From Tubiluchus corallicola (taxonomy: Eukaryota; Animalia; Priapulida), in the NCBI GenBank assembly GCA_030141605.1, contig JAQGDQ010000115.1:310001-374000 (forward strand): a DNA stretch of 64,000 bases, written 5' to 3'. The notes beneath the pieces are model-generated. The model made no database searches, was not told the origin of the DNA, and saw only the letters and a list, made by a program, of their open reading frames with translations. The position numbers and the translations under genes were made by a program. Below, one piece after another: positions 12,301 to 24,344 of this stretch (the first letter of the stretch is position 1; the number at the start of each line of letters is the position of its first letter).

Positions 12301-15300
12301 TTCCTACATTGGAAACATTGCTAAAGTAACTAACAAGCAAGGCCTATTACTATAACATGGCAATTGTTATTATACAGTAGGCGCTGCTTAATAGACTCAC
12401 TCTGGACAAATGTGTTTTGACCCAATTAACCGACAGAAGTAGTATTACTAGTATAGAAGTAGGAATCATCAACTTAGTATGCACTGCAAAGGCTGTACCC
12501 GTATCTATACCATTACTGTACCTGTATGATGCCTGTATCCTTGACTGTTAACCGATTAAGCAGGAATGCGTGACTTTCAACCAGAGCTTCAAAAGGAAAC
12601 CTCTAGACAAGTGATTAAATGTTTGGCTTCCAGAAATTCTTCGGTAACGAGGCAACTGTGAGTCTAATAAACCTACTCTATTTACAGTCAGTTATCAATA
12701 ATTAAATGGAACAAACTTCATCAATCCCACAAGATGATAACCATCATTGACAAATTCATAGTGCAAATAAAGAAAAAAATATGTAATTCTTATTCTGATT
12801 AACTTCTACTTCTCCAGTCCAATTTCTTTTCTTCTGCAGCAGCCATATATACAGACTAGGTTAAATGTTTTATTTATTTTTTGAAATTACATGCTTAAAG
12901 GAAATGATTTCAAAGCATCATTGTTATAATATACTACCATCCTTTCATTCATAATATACTACCAGCTCATTCATTTTTCATTGTACTAATCTCTACATTC
13001 ACGCTTCTCCCCACTTATAATTCCACTTCAGGATAGACTTACAAGTTTAGGCTTCTGAGTACTCTACATCACAAGATGTTGTGTGCGTGCGTGCATGCGC
13101 GCACGTGCGTCCGTGCGTGTTGGAATAAACTACTATAATCTATAATAATGTGCAGTGTGCTACAATGTCACAGTAACACTGGTCTAGTAATCATATACGT
13201 ATTCTGTAATTTATAAGCGAGAAACAAGAAAAATTTGAACACTCAATTACATCTGTCTATTTTGCTCAATGGAAACCTTTTAGGTAACAAAGTCTAATGT
13301 TGTCTACATTCCAAATATGTCACAAACTGCTTCAAAAATGAATTTTCTCCGGAGAACATTGTGAAAAATGTTTCTCAGAAAACTTGACACTTAACATGTC
13401 ACTTGCTCTGATTCTCTATGTTAAGTTATAAATTTGGAAAGAAAACAGCTAAAGCATCAAGCAGTTAGCTGTCAATAAAACAGCAAAATGTTTTCCACTT
13501 CTCAACTTAATCTGCTAGTGACATCAAACTTTATGACTTCCAACTACAAACAATTACAATATGCACTTAAGTTTAACTTAAATAAATAAAAAATGGTATT
13601 ATGCTAGAAAGATTACCTCTTTAGTTCCTCCTGCGTGAGAGTCTTTTTCTGCTCGCGAAACAAATGAAACAGTTTGTGCCAGGTACACGCATGAAACAGA
13701 TGATTCTTTGCCTTCCAGAAAACCAAACCCAGCTTCTGGAAGTAGTTTGCTAACAGCTGTGGCTTCGGTGACTTCTTAGACATGTTCATCAACTCGTGGA
13801 TGTCTTCTACTGCCTTGAATGCTTCCTATGTAACAAATGTCGGTTCATTAAAATATTGTTTCCACAACGAGAGAGACGATATCTTGAACAAGGCACGAGA
13901 ATAGCTAAGTGGTTAAGATGTGTGCTTAGCAACCGAAGTTAAGCAATGTCGGACCTGGCTAGCAATGAATGGAACAAGATAACTACCAACGGAAAATCAT
14001 TATCCCTGTAGTATATGACTTCTATTAGGTCAGCATTTCATCTTAGAGAATAAGATGATAAGTGTCAGTCTAGCCTCAACTATGAGGATATATGTGTGTT
14101 TGCCACTGCATGCTAGACTTTTAGTTTTAAAGCTCTACTGATACTGTAATTTATTTTTTGCTAATAGTCAACTTGTTAGTAATTATCATTATTTCTGCTT
14201 TCCTTCTTCTTGTCCATGTCTTACACCAAGTGATGTAGGAAAAACTGCTGATCATACTTGCCTGCCACAATTCCATGTTGATGGCTATATCAAGCTGAAC
14301 CAGTCTGGTTTCCATATTCATTGCTTGCGTCTCTTGATTATTGATGTTAATGGCAGTTTGAGTGTGCTGATGTTTTTGCACATGGCTCAGGTGAGTGCGT
14401 AACTAAACACACAAAGAAAAACAGGCTACAAACAGTATTAAAATAAATTTTTTTCTAGCTGTGGACCATAATTACTGATTATGAAGTTACATTTTAGCTG
14501 ATTAGCTAAAAGACATTGAAATTACCATGTTCATTCAATTGACGTTTTTATTCGCAAAGTAAATATAAAAGGTTCTAAGATTTATGAAAGAAATTTATTA
14601 GCATAAAAATATAAGAGAAGGCAGTTGTTACTGCTAACATAGTGCCATCTAGTGTAGGAAAATGAATGGAAATGTCAGCAAAATATCAGCAATATCATCA
14701 ACAACAGCCTAATTTAATTACAACACAGTTTATTTTGGTACATTGTCTTGAACTTGAAATCTTTCAAACTTTGCTGTATAGATTAGGTTAAAATATCACT
14801 ATGTAACAACAATGCTATAATAATTATTGCATTTTACCTTTTAAACTAAAAAAATGTGTTCTTATATGATTGTGCCAGGTTAAGTACAAGAACATGTAAA
14901 AAATGACAAAATTCCCGGCCAGGCGTGCGATAAAATAATTAACTGGGCGATTACACGAAAATAGAAGATTTTTTACTGTCGGCCACGTATATCGCCAAGA
15001 CTGTGAAATTTAATCAAAGATTCAAAAGTAATTTAGGGGGATTGCGACCATTTGACATCTTTAACTGTGGAAATGTCACACAAACAGTTTTTACACATAA
15101 ATTTACAAGATTCAGTTGCAGTAAATCTCACCATTCTCACAATCATGCCAAGAGGGTCAGAAAAAAAACTTAAATAACAATACACTTTCAAACAGCATGC
15201 TCATTTTGTCAGGGATTTCAATCGCGTACTTACGTTTTCGCAAAGTTTCCGAAACTCTGTTTTGCGATTGTATTTTTGGCAGAACCGAAAACCTTGTTGA

Positions 15301-18300
15301 GCCATATCATGATATAGGCGTTCTACGCGGGAATTGTTGCGCAAAAGTTCCAGCGATTGCCTATATGACTCCCACAAGAACTTGACCCACGGAGTCAACA
15401 CCAGTCTATCCGTGCGATCTTGTGTATCTTCTCCACTTACTGCACTTAGCAGGAGACTACAAAAATTTGATTAAAATTAAATTAAAAAGTTACACTTAAG
15501 TCAAAAACATAGTGAATGACTTACAAAAGAACAAGTGAATGGATGAAAAAACAATCGGTTTTACTAGGTTCACATGTAAAGTTCAGCACTTTTTTCACAA
15601 GGTCAAGACTGAATTCACTGATAAGTATACAATTTCATGAATTTTTCTATTTATCATGTAAGCCATAACCTGGCATAAAAATAAGTAGCCTACATGCTTT
15701 TTAAAAGAGACCACAGCTAATCTAAACTAAACCTTATTGTAACAACAATTTTTGCCATCCAGAATTTTTTATTCTCATTCTCAAGAAACGCAAGAGAAAC
15801 GATGACAACAACATGACTTTTCATCAGTCTGTGAGGTTTTTCTTCACTTTGAGTAGCAAAAATAAGTCACTTTTAAAAATTCGCAATTCATACTCAAAAT
15901 TAGATTTAACATACTTAAATCACATGAAAAAATGGCAAGCATACCTTTCAGGAGTTTGTATATTGTCCAGATCATCAATATCTACATCTTCACTGGCTAT
16001 AGACTGTGATTCTAATCTTGCGGCTTCTGTTTTCTCTTCCGCAAGCTTTAGATAGTTGCGAACAACTTGTTCAAGAGATCTAACATTCACCTGTGACAGT
16101 TAAACAAAACAAAAGTATCATTATTAAATCATATACAAAAATAAACAAAGGAAATGTTAAATAGAGTGTGTGCTTTAATGTCATCATAATAACTTACACA
16201 TTAATCTTCTTAAAACCGTGATTTTGTGCATTATATCATACTCCCCAGATCAAGTTCTTTCCACACTAAACTCAGATAAAAACCACATAAAAGGGCACCA
16301 GTTTCCAATCTCTACTGTATCGACAAAGAGCAAGGACATCTTACCTATGGCTGACTTGATGGGCTAAATATAACACAGAACACAGTGAAACCAAGCCACA
16401 ATCCACTAAATTTACTGTCTAATTAACAAAAGCTGGCATACGTTTAACTTCAATGCCAGACAATGTTTTTAAAGAGCTGTGTAAAAAGTGTATAAACATT
16501 TACCAACCTGTTGGCAGATATTCTTATACTGATATAAGCCCTCCTTAGCAACATGACTTTTCTTCAGGTCGACACAAAGTTCCAAATACTTTTCCATGAT
16601 CGGCTCATGGATCTTCTGCCATGTCCGGTGCTTTTTGCTCTTGATGACATCGTACAGAGCATCAAGAGCACGCTGCTTCTTACCAACATCAATAAATTCT
16701 AAACAAACAAACATGATGATAAAAAATAATATGCCATTTCAAATTAACATAAATAGATGAGAGTTAAAATTTTGAAAAAAAGGAATAAAGCACATATTTT
16801 TCAGAAGAATGTTTCCTTATGGATAGCAAAATATAAAGCAAATGCAACACCAAAAAGTACAAATACAAATTCTAATTCTATCTCACCAAACAAACCCATT
16901 TTTGAAAACCTGAAACTTTTGTACATGTCTTGTACATATATAATTAAGCCTGCTAAATCCCTTACTACGTAAGAACTAAGAAAAAAGACAACATGAAAAG
17001 AACACTATAGAAACAAAATAAATTGATGGTGACACCACAATAAGCTAATGCAATTTGTCTAATTAAACTTACGACAGTTTTTAAAAACAAAAATACACAT
17101 ATATATATATATATTGGCAAATAATTAAATTGTATGCCTACACATTTTTGAAATATTTATGGTCTGCAGAAAACGTTTGATAAAGTTTCATGGAAAACAT
17201 GTTACAACTTGCCGCACATGAAATCAATGGCAACCTCTACAACTGAATAAAAGATATTCTTAAAGACTGCCCACATGCATTAAAACCAACTCGGAGAAAC
17301 CTTCATGGAGACCTGTCAAGAGCACAGGGAAGTGTATTAGGGCCTATACCATTTCTAAAGTTTATTAGAGACTTACCAAATAATTTAAACTCATCAGTGA
17401 AAATGTTCGAAGACGATACAAAAATCTCAATCGCCAGTCATCACACTAATAACATCAACACCAGATATATCGAATGCAAAAACAATGCATAGGCTGAAGC
17501 TGCCATCAATACACTTCAGAAGACGATGCGGTTACATCATACATATTGTATCTCACGTATAACAACAATACAAGGATTGATAGTAGAAAATATTTCTCAA
17601 CAAATCCATGTGGAGCAAGATATGAGATCACAAAACCCTGACGTAGAAAAAAGAACAGACGTGTTTTCAGAGTGACAAAAGACTTGAATTTCTTCACTAC
17701 ATCGATATGAAGCACCACATTAGCAGATCATTTCACGAAAAAATTGGACAAGTACCTGGAAAACCATCAAGATTACACGCTGGAGCCCAAGTGGACACTA
17801 ATGTTTTTTTAAACAAATCTACCCCTTCCTCAACTACAACTACCACCACAACTTGAATTTTCTACATCCTATCATAACAACTGGCACTAGACGGCACTTC
17901 GATCAATGAGACATACAACTTAAAGGGGAAGAAACTGGAATTTTAATGTGTATCCCATACAAAGTTATATTACTTAACATTCAGCTTACTTGTTTGAAAG
18001 ACTTACGTAAATTTTTGCAAAAGAAAACGCTTACTAATTAAAAATGTTGCGCCAATTAGTAAAACGTCACTGTGTCACCATCCCAATGTGCATCACTGGC
18101 TCGCCAAAGAAAAAACACATTATTATTCTTATTGACAATATAAAGTATTTTATAGTTTTGCTTAGTTAGCAGAGTGTGCAACAGATTATGCTATGATTAT
18201 GTCTTCAAATTTTATGCAATATTATCTAAACTGGTTTCAAATGAACTTTAAAAATGTCTGTGCCTAATGACCATTGCAAAAGATTAAATTTACAAGTTTT

Positions 18301-19875
18301 ACATAGCATTACAGCTAACGCAAGCTTTGCACACAATAAGACAGCATGTAAATGACAAAAAAATTTCAAGACACATGTTTTAAATTTTATGTATGAAGTG
18401 ATTTCTGTTGTCTTAAGAAACAAAATAATAATAACAACAGCAAGACTATTTCCTTTTTAACTGGGTACAAGCATGGCTAAGTGACAGAGTCCAATGACAG
18501 GATGACAGTGTGCCAGTTCTATCTGGAGCGCCACAAGGAAATGTCCTTGTTTTTTTTCTTATTTACACTGATGAATCAAATTAGCATATCCAATATCTTC
18601 TCCTTTGCAAGTAAAACAGCTACAAGACAAATCACTGCGTGGGCCTATAAATATCAGAGGGAGTTCAATACACAAAATGGCAAATGCAAAGTGATTCATA
18701 TAGACAGTCAGATCAATACTGCCCAATACAGCTTTGAGAGTGGATTTTTGATTGCTAGTGGACTACATACTATTTTTTTGCAATAATGTTTCTAAGAAGA
18801 TTATCAAAGGTAACAAGATCCTTGGGTTAATTAGCAGAACTATAACTTCCAGAAGACTTGAGATAATTCTTTCACTCTACAAAACACTTGCTCATCTTTA
18901 TCTAGATATATATGTTAATCGTGGAATCGTGGGACCCTTACTATCTCAAAGACATTAATGCTCTAGAACAAGCACAAACACGACCGACTGACATTACCAT
19001 AAGCCTTGAAGGACTCACATATTCCCAGAAACTGAAGAAACTAGATCTGTATTAGCTTTCTACTAGAAGATGTACGGGGAATACTTGTTAAAACATTCAG
19101 GATAATAAGGAGGTTTAATGTTGTTGACACTAACCAGTTTTTTACACTCAATAAGAGCATCACATGTGGACACAGCGCTGAACTGTTCTAGCACAGGGTC
19201 ACTACCGAAAGGTATTACAACAGGTTTTCTCAAACTGAAGTGATTATTTGGCACTTGTTATCGGAATCACTAGTGACAGCCAACAATGTAAATAGTTTTA
19301 AATATAAACTTGATACAGAACTCCGTGGTTCGAGGAACTTCTTCATACCTGTTGATCTATCAGGAGATTAAATAAACGATGCACATACATTTGGACAACG
19401 TTGTCTTTTGGAATGTTACACGATGTTAGACTAGAGCAAATCACAGTTCACTTGCCACAAAGGCGAGTTTCGTCGGTAGCTGTAACAAATACTCTTCCAT
19501 TTGCTCTGTAATACTGTGGGATGCGAGCGAATTTAACTTCGGGTGTGAGAAAACGATAAATATAGGCATAACGAGAGAGGATGCCTTGGCTTAAAAACCT
19601 ATGATATAGACTTTGGCCTGCCACATGTACCTTCAACCGACAACTGTCGATCTACTGTAAGATACGGTAGTTAATCTAGAAAGGTGATATCACGAAACGA
19701 TTTATATTATACAATTTTTTGGAAAATATAAGACAAGCAAATGAAATGGGGTCAAAATTGCTCACATTCTTACGTTTAAATGAATAACTAAATAAGCAAT
19801 AACTTAAAAGTAAACAATTTTCTTACCGTTAGCTCGCTTTAAAGCATTCTCCGGTCTCTGGAAATAAGTTGGCAT
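1..19875 (-). CDS. EIF3A: Eukaryotic translation initiation factor 3 subunit A (3'-partial, continues beyond the left edge)
   Basis: Coding exons in transcript order: 19875-19827, 16698-16508, 16090-15945, 15456-15234, 14402-14262, 13825-13617, 12198-12024, 11495-11298, 10554-10396 (or 10438), 9363-9187, 7811-7674, 7073-6876, 6118-6014, 5104-4868, 4022-3869, 2415-2232, 1799-1701, 562-<1. All splice phases are compatible. The translation [51 protein letters not shown]...[14 protein letters not shown]...VRIDH...[13 protein letters not shown] is collinear with metazoan eIF3a (PCI domain, charged helical region, RP/D repeat tail). Confidence 0.97.
8414..9070. mobile_element. Degenerate DNA-transposon-like fragment in an EIF3A intron
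   Basis: Begins GCCAGGGTTTC and is enriched in GCGAC/GCAAC motifs. A compositionally similar segment lies at about 49230-49840 and ends GAACCATGGC. No TSD or second terminus was verified. Confidence 0.35.
9820..10200 (+). repeat. Dispersed repeat, copy 1 (copy 2 at about 17925-18372)
   Basis: Shared collinear blocks CCATACAAAGTT.TATTACTT.ACATT, CACTGT.TCACCATCCCA.TGTGCATCACTGGCTC.CCAAA and CAATAAGACAGCATGT...AAATTTCAAGACA. Confidence 0.8.
12374..12690. mobile_element. Possible Tc1/mariner-type MITE remnant
   Basis: Starts TA-CAGTAGGCGCTGCTTAATAGACTC, and a complementary GAGTCTAATAA occurs near 12660. Degenerate. Confidence 0.35.
13366..13492 (-). ncRNA. Candidate intronic H/ACA snoRNA, SNORA19-like
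   Basis: A perfect 8-bp upper stem (ACAGCTAA/TTAGCTGT) is flanked by pocket strands TTTATTG and TTTCTT, complementary to the 28S segment AAGAAA-UU-CAAUGAA. A second hairpin follows, ending in ACA at 13371-13369. Vertebrate EIF3A hosts SNORA19. The H box is imperfect. Confidence 0.35.
13894..14010 (+). mobile_element. SINE with a tRNA-A-box-like head and a 5S rRNA-derived segment
   Basis: TAGCTAAGTGGTTAAG (A-box-like) is followed by ACCGAAGTTAAGCAATGTCGGACCTGGCTAG, matching the 5S internal control region. Related copies occur elsewhere in the window. Confidence 0.6.
17130..17860 (+). mobile_element. Decayed CR1/L2-type LINE reverse transcriptase fragment with 3' tail
   Basis: Broken frames give [15 protein letters not shown] and KMFEDDTK (the FADD motif). 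The segment ends in a CAACTACAACT-type tail at about 17830-17853. Confidence 0.8.
17925..18372 (+). repeat. Dispersed repeat, copy 2 (copy 1 at about 9820-10200)
   Basis: Same collinear blocks as copy 1. Confidence 0.8.
18470..19380 (+). mobile_element. Second decayed CR1/L2-type LINE ORF2 fragment
   Basis: Remnants [16 protein letters not shown] and [27 protein letters not shown] are typical of the CR1 ORF2 C-terminal region. Multiple stops and frameshifts. Confidence 0.8.
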
Positions 19876-21236
19876 GATGAAAAACGGTTTTACGTTCCGT
19901 TTTCACCAATTAATCGTTCGTATTTCTACGCAATATGTGACAAACACCTTCACATGCTTTATTCGCTAATCATAATGATGGCGACAGGACAGAGCGCAAA
20001 ATCGGCAAATGCTTTCGCACCATATCTCGCACGCGAATTCTTGTTTCATTTTTGCCGATCATTTTATTCAGTTTTAGTTTATTAGTAAATATTCTGGTTG
20101 GGCCAAAATGCTTACATGAAATATTATTATTTTCATTTAGAATGCAAAGATTCCTCGTCATATCCTCTTCAGCGAACTCACAAGCATTAAAAGACCATCT
20201 TCGACACAGTAAAGATTGAAATTCACAATGAGAAGCTAGTTTATATGTCAAATTAAACCAAATCTAATCCCTAGAACTTTCTGTACACAACAGAACACAA
20301 CATTTGAAGTCGAAATAAGAAAGAGAGAAAATGGAACATAGCAGTACTACAATACTCAGCCTACTTCAGCATTGATGTAACACGCTGGTTGCATGCTCAC
20401 TTGGAGGTCGAGGATTCTATTAACAAGTCATGACCCAGTTACAGAAAGACTTGAAAATGGGACCACTTGGTCTTCGACCAATCACACAGATTATTGTAGC
20501 GACAAGTGGGTAATAGTAAACGGAACACCTTGGAAATAATTACAGACCAAAATAACTGGTCGTACCACATTTTCCATGTTCTTTAGGTTTTTGTGCAATT
20601 GAGTTATAATCTGGAAACTGAACCTGCAATCTACCAGGAATTGAACATTGAACCGAAATATTCAACATAAACTTGGCACAAATGACAAGACAACAAGTAC
20701 AGTTAAAACCCTCTAAAACCACGTATACTGCTATTGAAGCTCCAGTTTTAGAGCAAATCACATTTGAATATTTGACAACTCAAACTAGTCAGATTTTGAC
20801 AGTTGAAGCATAGATATAGACTTTACTATAATCTTCGGGGACAGATGATGTATCATTTTCAAGATTTTATTATGAATACAGAATAGACTTTACGCTTTAA
20901 TAGTTCCATTGCTCTGCCTGATTATAGTATTTTGAAGCTGCAAAATTTTTATTAGTACAATTGTCAAAAGGAGAAACCAAACAGTTACTTAATGTTTGGT
21001 TTCTTTTTATTCTTTTTGATCAACTTGAAAGAATGTTTGGAAAATTTTACGAACACAAGCATAAATAGCCGCTCTTTTTATGAAGCTAAAATAGCGTTCA
21101 GCAATTTCGCGATGAAACAGCGAGAAGTTTTTGTTTTAGAATTGAAATATTATCAAAATCGGCCTACACGCGAGAACAATTATTTGGTTCAATTACTTTG
21201 TCACCTTTAATTAATTTGCTTATTTACGGATTAAAG

Positions 21237-21530
21237 GATGATGATGTGAATAAATTTTGGTGCGAAATAGGATGTGAATATTGATGTGGGAATTACACTA
21301 CGTTATAGAAGCGGCGATGGATGAGATCCACAATGAATCCTTTCTTTAGGAGTACCACATTATTGACGATCCAGCCACCAAGAACTACAATGGCACCCAC
21401 AACAAGGCGTTTTTTCATAAGAATCACAATAGCACCTACATCTCCTCTAACAACAGAGGCCCCAACTACAGAGTTTGTATTTAATCTCGAAAAGGAACGA
21501 CCAATTCGCGACAAATCTCATTTGAGATAA
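21237..21530 (+). pseudogene. Possible relic exon of a Cys-containing, Thr/Pro-rich (mucin-like) protein
   Basis: After an AG at 21235-21236 the frame reads DDDVNKFWCEIGCEY*CGNYTTL*KRRWMRSTMNPFFRSTT...TTMAPTT...TTEAPTTE, with two in-frame stops. Confidence 0.25.
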
Positions 21531-22425
21531 ATGATTTTGGCTATCTTGGTAAAACACAGTCAGCAATAAACACCAGGGTATAATAGCTAAACGGCATGAC
21601 TTCCCAGATGCTAAACTTAAAATAAAGTGAAGACAACTTCCGACTATTTAGCATTAATTTCTAAGTTTTAAATGTTTAAATAAACTTTGCTACTTTACCC
21701 AATAGCGCATCTTTGAAAGGTATACTAGAATGGAGGGGTTTCTGGTCAAAAATTTACCCGAATGAAGAGGTACGTAGTTAAAAATCTGTCTGTTACGTTG
21801 CGTATGTAAAGACAATTTTGTAAAGTAGGTAGGCTTAGTTAAGATCAGGTAGCAATGAACTGAACCACAGACGTGTTTCAAAGCTTTCATACGATATGCT
21901 ACACTCTTAACATTTAAATATTTAATTGGTACCACTGTTCACGCAGATGCTGCATTCTTCAAAGCATCAATATAATAATTCAGTGTAATTCAGTTATAAT
22001 CGTAAAATTCATGTTTATCTCTTGTCAATTTTTGTAATATAACGTAACAAGTTAATATAATGTGATGTGATATAACGTAACGTAATGCGTTGTAATGTAC
22101 ATAGAAAGAAATTTAAATTAAATTTCACGAAATTAAACTGTTCAAATAAATGTTTCTGTTTTAACGCTTGAATACAAGAAGCTTTCATTAAATTAGAGTA
22201 GATTGCACGGGTACTGCACTGATCACATGTATTACATAGCCAATTAACGCATTTACTGTACAATTTGCAGTTTCATAAGAAGAAACTTATACCTGTTATC
22301 TACATACTGCACTACTGTAATTACCAATACAATAAGATAATAAAACAATATTTGTTAAAAAAAAACTCGCAAAATAACCGAGAACAGACATGTGTTATAA
22401 TAATAACGAGTTTAGTGATGAATAG

Positions 22426-22931
22426 AATACAATACAATATAATACAATGCAAAGCAGTGCAATGCAATGCAATGCAACGCGACGCGATGCGACGCGACGC
22501 GACGCGACGCGACGCGACGCGACGCGACGCGACGCAACGCAACGCAACGCAACGCAACGCAACGCAACGCAACGCAACGCAACGCAACGCAACACAACAC
22601 AACACAACACAACACAACACAACACAACACAACACAACACAACACAACACAACACAACACAACACAATACAATACAATACAATACAATACAATACAATAC
22701 AATACAATACAATACAATACAATACAATACAATACAATACAATACAATACAATACAATACAATACAATATAATGCAATGCATTGCAATGCAATACAGTAC
22801 ATACGATACGATACGATACGATACGATACGATACGATACGATACGATACGATACGATACGATACGATACGATACGATACGATACGATACGATACGATACG
22901 ATACGATACGATACAATACAATACAATACAA
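22426..22931. repeat. Compound pentanucleotide microsatellite (consensus RAYRC)
   Basis: Blocks: (GACGC)9 at 22491-22535, (AACGC)11 at 22536-22590, (AACAC)15 at 22591-22665, (AATAC)20 at 22666-22765 and (ATACG)22 at 22801-22910, with AATGC/AATAC flanks. Confidence 0.98.
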
Positions 22932-24200
22932 TTATAACAAAACACAATAGGCTTATACAAAGGCAATAAGCCTAAGGGTTTGGTTTAGCATCGTGCATTT
23001 TACATAAAGACAATACTTTTAAAGAAAAAGAAATTATGTTGTTTTATGAAAAACAATTACTGCTGTTTTGTGAGTTCCTTTTATTAAAACATTTAGTAAA
23101 AAACTTTGCTGCTAACTTCGTAATCTCGTGATCATCACTACTTAACAAGAGTAGGAGTTTATCCTCATCTGTAAGTGATTTAAAAGTAGGACTCAAAACA
23201 CGAATTTCATTCAACAAAGTCTTTCTAATACAATCATATTTTTTTACAGAGTAGTACAAGTGTTCTTCTTTTTCAATTTCTTGACTGTTACAATGTTGGC
23301 ATATTCGCTGCTCTACAGGAATTTTCAGACGTGGGTGGTGTCCTTTTTCAATGAAAAGGTTATGAGCACTTATACATATTTTAGTGAAGTTAGATATCTG
23401 CCCGGGGCTTTTAATGATTATTAAGTATCTTTCATTTGAACTTCGAGTACATTCTTAATTCATTACTTTTTCCGCTTTCCTTTTTCTTCGGATATATTAA
23501 ATTTCCAGTAAGATTCATAGTTTAATAAAAGTTTCATTTTTAAAGATTTAATAAACTGAGTGGCATCCGATACGCTTTGAGATACTCAAATGTTTATAAA
23601 ACCTGTATGGGTTAGTTTGTATATTTTAATGAAAAATAGCCAACAGTCCATATTGTTGTGCACAAGAATCACATTTTCGTAATAGTAAAGAGAGATCAAA
23701 GAATTTTCTGACATGTTTAATAGTCTAATCCAATATTTTACAGGTTTGATGATGATATTAATGTATAGTGGGTAGATACCAAGTTCACCCAGTACGCCTT
23801 CGTTAACAGAAGCTTTCTCGACACCTAGTGTAAATTTTCATAACTTTGTGCGAAGAAATTGTAATGAAGTTTCTATATTATAGTGACATAGTCAACAATA
23901 GAGGTAACTGCTTAACTGCATAGGGTCGAAAGGCAAATTACAGTTAAGAAGATCAACAATAAAACTGTCAAGCCTTCTCACCAGTCATACACAGAATTTA
24001 GGTAAGTTCAGAAAGATTTACAGATCTGATTTGCAGTACTTCAAACTTCATACCTTTTTGTACATCTGCTTAAATTCTTCAAAAGTAATTTTTCATAAAT
24101 CTCCTTTAATTATTATACTTATCTTTTTTCTAATAACATTCCAATTTGTTAAGGCTAATCTACATGTTGCAACTATGCTGTTATGTCGAATAAGAACGAC
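22932..24200 (-). mobile_element. Decayed non-LTR retrotransposon (L2/CR1 group): ORF2 C-terminus and 3' UTR
   Basis: Minus-strand remnants LGVEKASVNEGVLGELGIYPL..KYWIRL and ISAHNLFIEKG...EQRICQHC...EKEEH (C-terminal zinc-knuckle-like motif). The ORF ends at 23044, and a 3' stem-loop at 22948-22974 abuts the microsatellite. Confidence 0.8.
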
Positions 24201-24344
24201 AGTCGAATAAATCCCTGCTGAAACTTATACATATTGGAAATAGATTTTGATGGGCTTGTATAAGGGCTTGCTTGCCAACCAAAAGATTTGCAGAGACATT
24301 GGAATGATCTGTAGACTAATACCGACATGAAAATTTATATTTCA

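Noticed and set aside
13930-13975. Functional 5S rRNA gene
   Set aside because: Only the internal-control-region part is 5S-like, it is diverged, and it is embedded in a repeat shared with other copies.
22265-22969. Six overlapping long ORFs (RRDAT/QHNTT/YNTIQ and CIVLY repeats)
   Set aside because: They are artefacts of a stop-free pentanucleotide microsatellite that is open in several frames.
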